Source: a virus. From it: 64,000 nt of DNA. Made by a program: the position numbers and the translations under genes. The notes under the pieces were generated by a model. It did no database searches, was not told the DNA's origin, and saw only the letters and a list, made by a program, of their open reading frames with translations. This document shows positions 53,571 through 63,410 of the stretch, one piece after another (the first letter of the stretch is position 1; every line of letters begins with the position of its first letter). Location: the IMG/VR virus record IMGVR_UViG_3300027573_000964. One strand, given 5' to 3'.

Positions 53571-53736
53571 TGTCGATAGCCTCTTTTAACTTTAGTAGCG
53601 CATCCTTGTTTGCTACTATGAAGGCCTCACCATGATTATCGTATTGCGGATAAACATGCATGAGAGGCATATTGTCCTGCTCATCTTTATTTAAGTGAGC
53701 AGAAGCATTAACGAAACCGTTATCATTATCACTCAT
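53374..53736 (-). CDS. hypothetical protein (overlaps next ORF in another frame by ~200 nt)
   Basis: 120 aa. Confidence 0.4.
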   Translation of the reverse strand: MSDNDNGFVNASAHLNKDEQDNMPLMHVYPQYDNHGEAFIVANKDALLKLKEAIDNAINTGRGSAGLFAADGEGYDFRVICNDEGWQSSFWSNISFAYTAEWTKDLRKGTHPSEIWYHST

Positions 53737-54419
53737 TACATATCCATAAAAGAACGACGAGGTAAAATAGGCCCTGTCGGTAGGATGCCCTTGGGATTAG
53801 TCGTATATCCCTCGAACCATGGCGCCGTAGATGGCATTGATAGTCTAACAAACTGTCTGCTTACCGGCTTATATTGGGGTATAGATTCATGAACACATAG
53901 ACCACCCATCCAATAAGCAACATTGGCTTTGAGTTCTATTGGCTCTTTAAGCTGAGGTCGCAAATGTTCGCAGTCACCTTCATCACCGGGAAAGCCAACG
54001 AAGTCTTGGTTCCATGCTCTACAGCCAACGTGACTGGCTATTGAAATCATTCCACTTTCAACAGAACCCCAACCACCGCCGCCACCCCATGATCCTGGAT
54101 TAGTAGTGCCGCCCCAAGAACCACCTCCACCCCACGAGCCGGCTGATAGTTTAGGTCCGATGCCATCTACATGTAAGCCAGCTCGTCTATGCGTGCGACC
54201 ATCGGCAACAATCTTTTCGTCTATAGTTAAATAAGCTACGCCAGTCTTACACGGCGCAACTTTGCACAGAGCGTCATAGGCTTCACGCCAATGTGACAGG
54301 TCATCCGGTAGAGAGTCCAAGTCAGACAACAATACGGGCAACATCATAACTCTTGTGTCGGTGAAGGCGGGTAGTTGAATAGAGCCCTCTTCTCTAATAG
54401 GACTATTGAACATTTGCAT
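53736..54419 (-). CDS. hypothetical protein with SWGGGG repeats
   Basis: 227 aa; SAGSWGGGGSWGGTTNPGSWGGGGGWGS. Confidence 0.5.
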   Translation of the reverse strand: MQMFNSPIREEGSIQLPAFTDTRVMMLPVLLSDLDSLPDDLSHWREAYDALCKVAPCKTGVAYLTIDEKIVADGRTHRRAGLHVDGIGPKLSAGSWGGGGSWGGTTNPGSWGGGGGWGSVESGMISIASHVGCRAWNQDFVGFPGDEGDCEHLRPQLKEPIELKANVAYWMGGLCVHESIPQYKPVSRQFVRLSMPSTAPWFEGYTTNPKGILPTGPILPRRSFMDM

Positions 54420-55050
54420 TTAGCTTCACCAACAACGAATCGCCCTTCTCGATAATCTTTACGCCTTTTTCTTTCATTTCTGCTACGGCCTTAGCACCAT
54501 CTTCTGGTTGAAGGTTAACAGCTCTACAACCGTCTAGCACTAAATTAGTCTTGAAACCCAAGCTAACAGCATCTAATGCGGTAAATTTCACGCAGTAGTC
54601 AGTAGCTAGGCCGAGTACGAACAACTCAGTAGCACCAACATCTCGTAAATAACCAGCGAGCCCAGTTGGATGCTTACGTCCGTTGTCAAAGAAACCACTG
54701 TAGCTATCTACTTCTGGATCCATTCCTTTACGGAATATAGCAGCAAGCCTACCGCCCAACAAGTTTTTGTGGAACTCTGCGCCTTTGCTGCCCCATGTAC
54801 AATGCTCTGGCCACCACACTTGAGGTAATCCATTGAGTGTGCCTAATGTACCAACCTTAACATCTTTGTTATTAGAAGCAAAGCTCTTGTGCGTCGGAGG
54901 ATGATAGTCTTGAGTTGCTACTATCAAATCAAACTTACCCTCAACTATGAGACGGTTAGCTACGGGAACAACGGCATCACCATCTTTGACAGCCAATGCC
55001 CCGCCATTACAGAAATCGTTTTGTATATCTACGAGTACTAATGTCTTCAT
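54403..55050 (-). CDS. pncA: nicotinamidase / pyrazinamidase (isochorismatase family)
   Basis: 215 aa; LVLVDIQNDF (Asp), K, LGLATDYCV (Cys) catalytic triad context. Confidence 0.8.
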   Translation of the reverse strand: MKTLVLVDIQNDFCNGGALAVKDGDAVVPVANRLIVEGKFDLIVATQDYHPPTHKSFASNNKDVKVGTLGTLNGLPQVWWPEHCTWGSKGAEFHKNLLGGRLAAIFRKGMDPEVDSYSGFFDNGRKHPTGLAGYLRDVGATELFVLGLATDYCVKFTALDAVSLGFKTNLVLDGCRAVNLQPEDGAKAVAEMKEKGVKIIEKGDSLLVKLNANVQ

Positions 55051-55062
55051 CTTGCTTCTCCA

Positions 55063-55272
55063 TTATTCGTGTTCCAATCCCCATTTAGAATTGTTCCACA
55101 ATCTTTCATAAATATAATATGTTACGAACGCTATAGTTGTTCCCGCTATTGATATACGCAGAGATAAAGTCATATCTCCGGTAAAGGCGTATGATATTAT
55201 TGTTCCTCTTGCAAAGGCAATAACTCTCCATATTGTTGCTTTTAATAGTGTTCTCTTAATAGTCTCTTTCAT
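55063..55272 (-). CDS. small membrane protein
   Basis: 69 aa; two hydrophobic segments. Confidence 0.4.
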   Translation of the reverse strand: MKETIKRTLLKATIWRVIAFARGTIISYAFTGDMTLSLRISIAGTTIAFVTYYIYERLWNNSKWGLEHE

Positions 55273-57256
55273 TATTTACTATGGAGGGCCTATCCCACTC
55301 TCCACTCACCAGGCTTTTCAATTCTATTAATTCTTGTTCAAATCCACTTGATATAATAGGAAATCTGCACCAAGTTTTTGGATCCAAGTTCTCATCGTCT
55401 AAGTGGAAAGATGGCGCGTATCGCTCGCGCTTCCACTGGTTTCTGCACCACAACTTAAAGAATTTTTCTATCCAAGCACCAAGCTGAACCTTATCGTACA
55501 AGCCCTGCATAAGCAAAAATATTTCTGTAGGAGAGCGCTTATCTCTTATTGCGTGTTTCTCTAATTGATCTAATACACCGTAGGGCATTAAATCATCTTC
55601 ATCTCTTTGATTCTTTTCTGTAGGTCTAAGTTCAGCGGTAGGCTCTTGATTATTTACATACGATAAGGCTGGGATAGTAGTTTCTATCTGTCTCAACCAC
55701 ATACGCAAATAATTTTTATCAATACCAGCTATGGGACTTAATCCACCGCAAGTATCTCCGTCCATAGTAGCATAACCTACGGCAGCCTCTGAACGATTGC
55801 TTGTAGCCAATAGGATAGCATTCTTAATGTTGGCAAGCATCCATATTGAAGGGCCGCGAACTCTTGCTTGAATATTCTGTAGCGTTACGTCGTCTTGTTC
55901 CCAAGTAAGTTTGCGGCCGATAGATTTTTCAATCATACCAGTATATAAACTTACAGCTGCTGATATATCCAAATTATGGAACTCTGCACCAAGAGATTCT
56001 GCCACTCTTAAAGCGGCGGTATAAGTAGTGTCCGAACTGTTCTTTGAGCCTTGATATGCGCAAGTTAAGAGTTTGTTAGATATTTCTTTTAAAGCGCTCA
56101 GGTCTTGGATAGAAGATATATAAGCCAGCTTCTTTTTAAAAGCATTCAGACCTATATTATTAATAGCATCCTTGACCATTAAATACACCAGGCTAGATAC
56201 AGCTGATGAATCTGCGCCGCCACTTAAACTTACTACATAGCCATTTGATTTGGCTTTACGCATAAAGTCAAACAGCCCAAGTGATACTGCTTTCTGAAAC
56301 TCTTCGTGCTTCTTGTAAGTTCTATCTGTTCCAGATAAAAATTCTGGAACATGAAACTTCGGATTGAATGAACCACCATTTATGCATAACTCATCGTCTT
56401 CCACATTAGGAACAAAGCTGGCGGTTCTGGAACGGCTTGTGTTATTAGAATGAACATCTACAACAGCGCTGGTGACAAGAAAGTCTTCATAAGAAAATCT
56501 CTCTCCTGAACTTACTATATTGCCATTGGTGGCTATGATAGTATCACCATCATATATAACACGACCAGATTCATTGCCTAATAGATTGGCGTACACATAT
56601 ACGCAATTAAAAGCTCTGGAGCCTTCAACTACGAACCCTTTGCGTATCTCATGCTTGCCAAATGCAAAATGGCTAGCACTAGGATTTAGAATTATATCTA
56701 CACCCCGTGAAGCAAGTTGTCTGCCAGGCCTATCATATACCCAGGCATCTTCACAAATCTCAAATCCAACCTTGATAGGATTAGCATTCCCTAAAGAAAA
56801 ATATATATCACCTATGGGATACTGCCTACAATTAAAATTCAGAGTAGATTTTATTCCTTTGGGCCACGCCTTAAACCAACGAGGTTCATAGTGAATACCG
56901 TCGCCAGCAAGATATTTCTTAGCAACGAAGCCGAGTATCTGCCCGCTGTTAATCATACATGCTACATTAAAAATAGCACCGTTCAACTCAACTGGAAGAC
57001 CAACTGACACCGCCATACCTGTACTGGTGGTATGCTGTGCGATATTTAACAGACACTCACCTGCGCGACGAAGGACATCTTTAGAATGAAACATATCCTC
57101 GCAGCCGTATCCAGTAATGCAAAGCTCTGGCAAACATAACAGTTCTACACCAGTTTCTTTTGCGGACTTTATAGCTTGGATAATATTATTAGTATTGTGC
57201 TCCCAAGCCATAGGCGTTTGATTTAACGCCACAGCTGCTACTTTAATGCCCTTCAT
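55256..57256 (-). CDS. nadE: glutamine-dependent NAD+ synthetase (N-terminal nitrilase/CN-hydrolase domain + NAD synthase domain)
   Basis: 666 aa; LCLPELCITGYGCED, FEICEDAW (nitrilase E-K-C); VVSLSGGADSSAV PP-loop. Confidence 0.85.
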   Translation of the reverse strand: MKGIKVAAVALNQTPMAWEHNTNNIIQAIKSAKETGVELLCLPELCITGYGCEDMFHSKDVLRRAGECLLNIAQHTTSTGMAVSVGLPVELNGAIFNVACMINSGQILGFVAKKYLAGDGIHYEPRWFKAWPKGIKSTLNFNCRQYPIGDIYFSLGNANPIKVGFEICEDAWVYDRPGRQLASRGVDIILNPSASHFAFGKHEIRKGFVVEGSRAFNCVYVYANLLGNESGRVIYDGDTIIATNGNIVSSGERFSYEDFLVTSAVVDVHSNNTSRSRTASFVPNVEDDELCINGGSFNPKFHVPEFLSGTDRTYKKHEEFQKAVSLGLFDFMRKAKSNGYVVSLSGGADSSAVSSLVYLMVKDAINNIGLNAFKKKLAYISSIQDLSALKEISNKLLTCAYQGSKNSSDTTYTAALRVAESLGAEFHNLDISAAVSLYTGMIEKSIGRKLTWEQDDVTLQNIQARVRGPSIWMLANIKNAILLATSNRSEAAVGYATMDGDTCGGLSPIAGIDKNYLRMWLRQIETTIPALSYVNNQEPTAELRPTEKNQRDEDDLMPYGVLDQLEKHAIRDKRSPTEIFLLMQGLYDKVQLGAWIEKFFKLWCRNQWKRERYAPSFHLDDENLDPKTWCRFPIISSGFEQELIELKSLVSGEWDRPSIVNNERDY

Positions 57257-57267
57257 TCACTTTCCTA

Positions 57268-58176
57268 TTAAGCAGTTTCTTTGGCTACCGCTTGAGCTAA
57301 TAGACGTTTAACATCAGTGACACCGCCCGGAGTGTGGTCCAAGAATACCGTATTGGTCTTGGACGCAGCAGCGATGTCCTTTAGGGTATCAAAGTATTGA
57401 GTCATTAATACCAGGCTCATAACGTCAGCGGCTGTACTACCTGGAATGCTCTTCTGAAATTCATCAACAGAGGTGCGCAAGCCATCTACAATTGCCTTGC
57501 GTTGGTCAGCGATACCTTGTCCTTGGAGCTTCTTTGAGATAGCTTCGGCTTCAGCTTGCTTAACCTTGAGAGTCTTTTCGGCCTCACCCTTCTCTTCAGC
57601 AGCTTGTCTATCACGCTGTGCAGCGTTGATAGCGTTCATTGAATCCTTGACGTGCTTGTCTGGGTCGATGTCGGTCACTAGAGCCTTAACGATAGAATAG
57701 CCGAAGTCATCCATAACCTCGGACAGCTCCTTTTTAACAGCGTTAGCAACATCGTCCTTACGCTCGAATACTTGGTCAAGAGTTAGCTTTGGAATCTCTG
57801 CACGTACTAGGTCGAATACATATGAAGTAATCTGTTGCTTTGGATTATTCAACTTATAGTAAGCATCAACAACCTTCTCTGGAAGTACGTTGTATTGAAC
57901 AGATACTTTAGTATTAACGAAGACGTTATCCTTGGTCTTGGTTTCAACTTCTACATCTAACTGCAAGATACGCAGCGGCATTATGCTGACTACTGAATCT
58001 ATAAGAGGAAATTTTAAATTAAGTCCAGCGCTAGCTAACTTCTTATACTTACCAAAGCGTTCTACTACGGCTACAGTTTGCTGGCTGACAGTGAAGAAAG
58101 TTCCAAACATAAATATTAGCCCGACGATGGCCGCGACTATTCCGCCGGCGACCATTAGAATTGTATTGAGTTCCAT
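57268..58176 (-). CDS. SPFH/band-7 (prohibitin/HflC-like) membrane protein
   Basis: 302 aa; N-terminal TM, SPFH core, coiled-coil C-terminus. Confidence 0.75.
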   Translation of the reverse strand: MELNTILMVAGGIVAAIVGLIFMFGTFFTVSQQTVAVVERFGKYKKLASAGLNLKFPLIDSVVSIMPLRILQLDVEVETKTKDNVFVNTKVSVQYNVLPEKVVDAYYKLNNPKQQITSYVFDLVRAEIPKLTLDQVFERKDDVANAVKKELSEVMDDFGYSIVKALVTDIDPDKHVKDSMNAINAAQRDRQAAEEKGEAEKTLKVKQAEAEAISKKLQGQGIADQRKAIVDGLRTSVDEFQKSIPGSTAADVMSLVLMTQYFDTLKDIAAASKTNTVFLDHTPGGVTDVKRLLAQAVAKETA

Positions 58177-58185
58177 TTTATTTCC

Positions 58186-59625
58186 TTATTTACGCGCTAG
58201 TATTAGCTCGTTTCTTAATTTGTTTAATTCCTTATCTAAATAAACATTTGGACGCCTGAAGATGTTTTGGTCTATGTTTATAGATTTTGCTCTGCTAAAG
58301 TTAATATCTGGGGAAGTATATATTAAATTGCCTCTTACATATATTGGCGCAAGTAATTTGTATTCTGTATATGGTAGCGCTGAAAATCTTTGTTCAAAAT
58401 TGTCATCATCTTGGTCAGCGTCCAATGCTACAAGTTCTCCAGAAAATCCAAGCTCTGTATCATATATAACATCTCTAACTGAAGAGTCAGTTTGATTAGT
58501 TCGTCTCAATACTTGTTGAGCACCAGGAATTGAAGTCTTGATTAAACTGTCAGATAGTTTTATCTTTGGCACACTTTTGCCGGTGGAGTCTTCTAATACA
58601 GCCAACTTATAAACCCCGCCCAGAGCAGGTTGGTCATAAGATGTAATGAGCTTTGTTCCGACTCCCCATGCGTTTATCTTGGCACCATCAGCTTTTAATT
58701 TAGCTATCTGGTCTTCATCCAAATCATTGCTAGCCACAATAATAGTATTCTTAAAGTCGGCGGCATCTAACATTTGCCTGGCTATTTTGCTTAACTCACA
58801 TAAGTTTCCAGAGTCCAAGCGAATGCCATGTAGGTTATGTCCCAACTTACGAAGAGTTTTGCCAGCTTCTATAGCGGACATTACACCACCCACAGTGCCG
58901 TAAGTATCAACTAGCAAAGTTGCATTGTTAGGCATTGCTTCTACATACTTAGTCATAGCTTCTAGTTCTGAATCAAAGCTCATAATCCAAGAATGTGCAT
59001 GAGTTCCCTTGACTGGTATATTGAATAATTTACCAGCTAAGACATTCGAGGTTCCAGAACAACCACCCACATAAGCAGCGCGCGAAGCAGTTAGCGCTCC
59101 ATCGAATCCCTGCGCTCTACGCAAACCAAAATCAAATACCACGTCACCTTTAGCTGTCTTATAAGTTCTGTAAGCCTTTGTGGCGATAAGCGTATTAAAA
59201 TTAATGAGATTGAGTAGCGGGCTTTCTAATAGCTGACATTGGTCTAACGACCCAGTTATACTTAACAGTGGTTCGTGAGCATAGACAGCAGTACCTTCTT
59301 CAATAGCATTTACATCACAAGTGAATTTAAGCCCACCCAAATAATCTATAAACTCTTTGCTAAATAGAGGGCAACCATCATTACCAGTCAGGGTAGAAAG
59401 AAATTCACAATCGCTAGTATCAAACCACTTGCCCTTTAAAGTTTCTATAAACTCAATAGCAGGTTGTAGCCCACATGCTACAGCGAAACCATTATTAAAT
59501 GGAGCCTTGCGAAAGAACAAGTTGAAGGTCGCACGACGACTACTCATACCGTGTTTCCAATAACCATAGGCCATCGTAAGTTGGTATAAGTCTGTCATTA
59601 ACCCCAAAGAGGTGTTATATATCAT
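58186..59625 (-). CDS. pncB: nicotinate phosphoribosyltransferase (NAPRT-type)
   Basis: 479 aa; MTDLYQLTMAYGYWKHG..., GLRRAQGFDGALTASRAAYVGG...SNVLAGKLFNIPVKGTHAHSWIMSF closely parallels NAPRT LLTDLYQATMALGYW / GLRRAQGPDGGLTAS / SNVLAG...GT(L/H)AHS. Confidence 0.85.
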   Translation of the reverse strand: MIYNTSLGLMTDLYQLTMAYGYWKHGMSSRRATFNLFFRKAPFNNGFAVACGLQPAIEFIETLKGKWFDTSDCEFLSTLTGNDGCPLFSKEFIDYLGGLKFTCDVNAIEEGTAVYAHEPLLSITGSLDQCQLLESPLLNLINFNTLIATKAYRTYKTAKGDVVFDFGLRRAQGFDGALTASRAAYVGGCSGTSNVLAGKLFNIPVKGTHAHSWIMSFDSELEAMTKYVEAMPNNATLLVDTYGTVGGVMSAIEAGKTLRKLGHNLHGIRLDSGNLCELSKIARQMLDAADFKNTIIVASNDLDEDQIAKLKADGAKINAWGVGTKLITSYDQPALGGVYKLAVLEDSTGKSVPKIKLSDSLIKTSIPGAQQVLRRTNQTDSSVRDVIYDTELGFSGELVALDADQDDDNFEQRFSALPYTEYKLLAPIYVRGNLIYTSPDINFSRAKSINIDQNIFRRPNVYLDKELNKLRNELILARK

Positions 59626-59629
59626 TTTA

Positions 59630-60094
59630 TTAAATTACTTTGTGCCCGCAGTTAGTGCATTTATCGGCCCATAGGTCAGGCATTTTTAGTGCCATTCTCA
59701 TTTGACCTAAGGTTGGTTCTAGATTAACGGCCTTTGGATTTCCAATAGCGTTGGCCTTCCACCATTGAGCGTTAATCTTATTGGAAGAAACTTTTTCTTG
59801 AACTCTATTAAAATCTTTGACACATACGCTGCTTTGTCCAAATTGAGAGGCGGTTATATCTACTAGATAATTCTCGCACTTCACAAACCAATGGCCATAG
59901 CCAGATACAATCTTAGCATCGAGACCAGCCTCTCGTAGATTGTGAGAGAGTATAATGGATGAATGTGCGCACCAACCACCAAGATGGGGCGCTGGCTTAC
60001 CCATTAATGTCACAAGCTCTTTACTGCCTTCAACAAACTTGCGTGTTTGTCTAGCTATCTTAACAATTTGTTTGCGTATCTGTTGCTTGTGCAT
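59630..60094 (-). CDS. hypothetical protein with C-terminal zinc ribbon
   Basis: 154 aa; CTNCGHK. Confidence 0.5.
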   Translation of the reverse strand: MHKQQIRKQIVKIARQTRKFVEGSKELVTLMGKPAPHLGGWCAHSSIILSHNLREAGLDAKIVSGYGHWFVKCENYLVDITASQFGQSSVCVKDFNRVQEKVSSNKINAQWWKANAIGNPKAVNLEPTLGQMRMALKMPDLWADKCTNCGHKVI

Positions 60095-60527
60095 TTCTTA
60101 ATTCCTCTCTTAATTTCATTAGAAGTTTTCCTAAACGATTCTTTCCTGTACCGTCAGAGCCACAGCCCCAATAGTAATCAATTGGACTATCCTCTACCAG
60201 CACAGCATCGCCAGTAGAGAGAAGTATTTGCTTAGCATCTTCATTCTGTGTAAATTTAGCTAGCAATACCTTGGTCATCACATTCTCTTTCATGTGATCC
60301 CAATTTTGTTTCATGGGTAACTTGCGGTCGCGCCCCATCATAGCAGCACGCATAGGCCCATTACATTTTCTTACCTGCTCTTTTAATTCGGGGTCGTCAA
60401 ACTTTTGTGCTTGATAGTAGTGTTCTGAGGTAGGCCATGTCTTACCATCTAGCTCAACAGGATGTTTGGAAAAGTTAGATAAACATCCGTATTCAGTTTT
60501 TGTACTATAGAACTTTATGGTTTCCAT
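60060..60527 (-). CDS. NADAR (YbiA/DUF1768) domain protein
   Basis: 155 aa; FYSTKTEYGCLSNFSKHPVELDGKTWPTSEHYYQAQKF. Confidence 0.75.
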   Translation of the reverse strand: METIKFYSTKTEYGCLSNFSKHPVELDGKTWPTSEHYYQAQKFDDPELKEQVRKCNGPMRAAMMGRDRKLPMKQNWDHMKENVMTKVLLAKFTQNEDAKQILLSTGDAVLVEDSPIDYYWGCGSDGTGKNRLGKLLMKLREELRNAQATDTQTNC

Positions 60528-61072
60528 CTTTTACCAAATGCACTGATAGTTATATCTTTTTCTTTAACAAATTTGATTAGACTTTTTCTGTCATTAAACA
60601 CTAAAGCCATTTCGTTCTTATTTCGGGTTTCATTTATGATAATGAAATTTGTAGTTTCCAGCCTTCCGAAATGCTTAAATATTTTTGCTAAAGTTTCATC
60701 AGTAAGAATTAACGATGGGCGATACTCGGATGATAATTGTCTATTTAGATTGGGCTCATCATTTATATACACAGATACCATTCTATATAATACATCAATA
60801 CTTTTAACATCGAATGAAAAGAAATCTAAAATAGATGATTGTAATTTTAGTTCTATTTTAGGAATTGTTTCTTCTAACAAGTCAATTAGTTCTTGCTCAG
60901 GCCTGATATCGATTGGTTCAGGTGATGGGTTATTAAATACTCCGGCCATTACCATCATATTAAAACCGCCAATAAAACCAACATTAGGACGTAGTTTCTT
61001 TAAGTAAGCACTAGCTACCCTAAAATGATCCCAGGTATTGATAATACTTTTAGGAAGTATAGTTTTCTGCAT
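60515..61072 (-). CDS. hypothetical protein
   Basis: 185 aa. Confidence 0.5.
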   Translation of the reverse strand: MQKTILPKSIINTWDHFRVASAYLKKLRPNVGFIGGFNMMVMAGVFNNPSPEPIDIRPEQELIDLLEETIPKIELKLQSSILDFFSFDVKSIDVLYRMVSVYINDEPNLNRQLSSEYRPSLILTDETLAKIFKHFGRLETTNFIIINETRNKNEMALVFNDRKSLIKFVKEKDITISAFGKRWKP

Positions 61073-61292
61073 CTACCCACTCAGCTATAGTGTGGTCGCC
61101 GTGTCCATGGATAGCCATACAGTCTGATACTGAGTTGTGTATTTCAATAGAACGATGGGTTCCAACAGTCCATTCGATAACAACCTTACCAGATGGCAGC
61201 ACGATTCCGAAAGCGACATATCCAGTTCCACTAACACCGGAGTCGTCTACGTTCCTCTTTAGTACGAATCTCGAACCTATTTCTTTACCCAT
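61050..61292 (-). CDS. hypothetical protein
   Basis: 80 aa. Confidence 0.4.
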   Translation of the reverse strand: MGKEIGSRFVLKRNVDDSGVSGTGYVAFGIVLPSGKVVIEWTVGTHRSIEIHNSVSDCMAIHGHGDHTIAEWVDAENYTS

Positions 61293-61548
61293 TCTCCACC
61301 TGTAAGAATTTGTCGCAACAATCCCTGAGCTGTTGAACTTTCTCTTTTTCTAAAACAGTTTCTCCAAACTCACCATAAACTGAGCGATGTCCAAATATAT
61401 ACTTGATGCCAGTTATTATTCTGCGCCAAAAACTACGAGTGGTTAGATGTACTTCGACATACATTCTGTCCTTATCATCATCAAAATAACTGAACCTTAG
61501 AAGGTGCTCTGGGCTTTCACATTCACAATCCAGATACATCTTTTTCAT
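61285..61548 (-). CDS. hypothetical protein
   Basis: 87 aa. Confidence 0.45.
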   Translation of the reverse strand: MKKMYLDCECESPEHLLRFSYFDDDKDRMYVEVHLTTRSFWRRIITGIKYIFGHRSVYGEFGETVLEKEKVQQLRDCCDKFLQVENG

Positions 61549-61789
61549 TTTTTAGTTCCATCCTGCTGCATACATCATGCCAATCAACCTTATCGCCCAA
61601 GATTTCGGACAGACATTTAGCAACATCATCGAAGGTCATTCCATCTGAAGGTCTCATAGAGCGCCAACCCAACATCATTAAAGTCATAAAGTCGGTAGCT
61701 GACAGCTCATTATTTTTAAGGCGATTTATTTCTCTTTGTAATACCGGAAGGTATTTACTTAGCATCTTATCATTTGGTCGTGCGAACAA
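61523..61789 (-). CDS. hypothetical protein
   Basis: 88 aa. Confidence 0.45.
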   Translation of the reverse strand: MFARPNDKMLSKYLPVLQREINRLKNNELSATDFMTLMMLGWRSMRPSDGMTFDDVAKCLSEILGDKVDWHDVCSRMELKNEKDVSGL

Positions 61790-62106
61790 CCGCCGGGGTT
61801 AAATCCGCCACCAGAATGAATATCGTTTAATTCGGCCTGGTCGCCGGGATAGGTAGGATCTATCTCATGCTTAAATGCTGCGTTTAATTTAGCTCTAACT
61901 TTTTCAGTAGCCTCTAATGTTAGACCTTCATAACAGGAATCTAAAAAGCCCTCAAGCCAACTGGGAAATTCATTTAGCTTCTTATCCACTTTTCTGGTTA
62001 AGTCTAAATGATTCCGTATAGAAACTACTTGGTTAGTGTCTAAGCTATTAGATTTAGATAGCTCAAAAAACCCTTGAAGCCAGTAACAAAACTCTCGATT
62101 AGTCAT
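61759..62106 (-). CDS. hypothetical protein
   Basis: 115 aa. Confidence 0.5.
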   Translation of the reverse strand: MTNREFCYWLQGFFELSKSNSLDTNQVVSIRNHLDLTRKVDKKLNEFPSWLEGFLDSCYEGLTLEATEKVRAKLNAAFKHEIDPTYPGDQAELNDIHSGGGFNPGGCSHDQMIRC

Positions 62107-62656
62107 ACGTTTTCTCTTCTTTTATGTTGCCTTGTTCATCCCACCAAGTCCAATGACCTGAACGCTTGCCTTGTGAAATGGTTCCCACCATAGATTTTTT
62201 ACCATTGGAATGATAATAAACTAGCTCACCTTCGATATGTCCGTTGACCCACATTGTCTTAGCATACATCGTTCCATTTTCATAGAACATCATCCATTGG
62301 CCAACTTGCGCACCTTCACGATATGGGCCTTCCATAAATCTGACACCATTCGCGTGGAAGAATATCCAATAGCCATCTTCCTTATCGTTCTTAAAGCCGC
62401 CCTGCATTTGTCTAGCGCCAGAACGGCGGTTCCAAAACCAGTGGCCTTGCTTGACGTTTCTCTTATATTCTCCGCGAGATCGTATGTTGCCCGTGTCTAT
62501 AAAGTATTCAGTCCAGAGGCCATCAAGAACACATTCACCATCAAACTTTTTGGTATAATAAACGTACTTTATTCCATCTTGAACTTCTACATTAGATGAC
62601 AGATATTCATTACAATCAGTGGAAGAAATAAGGCTTGTTAATATCAGCGCTATCAT
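62099..62656 (-). CDS. MORN-repeat (YwqK-like) secreted protein
   Basis: 185 aa; signal peptide; repeated G-x-W-x-x-[FY]-x-x-NG motifs. Confidence 0.55.
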   Translation of the reverse strand: MIALILTSLISSTDCNEYLSSNVEVQDGIKYVYYTKKFDGECVLDGLWTEYFIDTGNIRSRGEYKRNVKQGHWFWNRRSGARQMQGGFKNDKEDGYWIFFHANGVRFMEGPYREGAQVGQWMMFYENGTMYAKTMWVNGHIEGELVYYHSNGKKSMVGTISQGKRSGHWTWWDEQGNIKEEKTYD

Positions 62657-62898
62657 TCGTTCTTCCTGTTATTTCGCCGCTCTAAAATCCAAGCAGCATC
62701 GTGCCTGCCATCCCACCCATTTTCCCAATCGGTTAAGAAATATCCCCATGCCGCTAATACTAGCCATGCAACACCGAACACACAAGTTCCAAAGGCATGT
62801 TCGTACCCAATATAATATTCATAAATACCAAGAGCCAAAGATATTAGACCTATAAAGGCTTCTGTGATAGCAAAAAAGTTTCGCATTAGTCCCACCAT
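62653..62898 (-). CDS. small membrane protein
   Basis: 81 aa; two TM helices. Confidence 0.45.
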   Translation of the reverse strand: MVGLMRNFFAITEAFIGLISLALGIYEYYIGYEHAFGTCVFGVAWLVLAAWGYFLTDWENGWDGRHDAAWILERRNNRKNE

Positions 62899-63410
62899 CC
62901 CTGAAGATACTTTCGAATATGCTTAAACAATCTATCTAAATCTTTTTCTCTGGCTTGATGTTGAGCATTATATACAGCCATCTGTTCAGTACGTTCTTGC
63001 TCTTCTAGCTCTGGAGTAGTAGCATTGGCCCGTATAACATGATATCTATAGTATCTCTCGCCATCTTTTTTGGGGTCGAAGTACTGAATAACATTACCCC
63101 ATTTTAAGTCATGGGCCGCTTGTAGCTCACCGCAATAATCATCATCCATTATTCTTTGGATAAGAAGCTCTGCGTGCCCTATTTGTTTTCCAATTTTTGG
63201 GGCAGACTCTACAAGGTCATGCTCTACGATATGCTCTCTAGTGCGCTTAAGCTTGTATTGTAAGAGAATCAATATATATGAGTAGTCAAAGTCTCTATCT
63301 TTCCAAAGCAATCTACCATACTGGAATAGCTTGGTGGCAAAGCCATACAGATTCTTAAAGAAACTAATCGTATTAAACCATAGGTCTTTAAGATTATATA
63401 TGAACTTCAT
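62886..63410 (-). CDS. hypothetical protein
   Basis: 174 aa. Confidence 0.5.
   Translation of the reverse strand: MKFIYNLKDLWFNTISFFKNLYGFATKLFQYGRLLWKDRDFDYSYILILLQYKLKRTREHIVEHDLVESAPKIGKQIGHAELLIQRIMDDDYCGELQAAHDLKWGNVIQYFDPKKDGERYYRYHVIRANATTPELEEQERTEQMAVYNAQHQAREKDLDRLFKHIRKYLQGWWD

Noticed and set aside
58186-59625. Considered calling the phosphoribosyltransferase NadV/Nampt (nicotinamide PRT), as in KVP40-type phages
   Set aside because: The N-terminal TDLYQLTMAYGYW and GLRRAQG.DG.LTAS motifs match NAPRT (nicotinate-specific), and a nicotinamidase (PncA) is encoded 3 kb away, which fits a nicotinate route.
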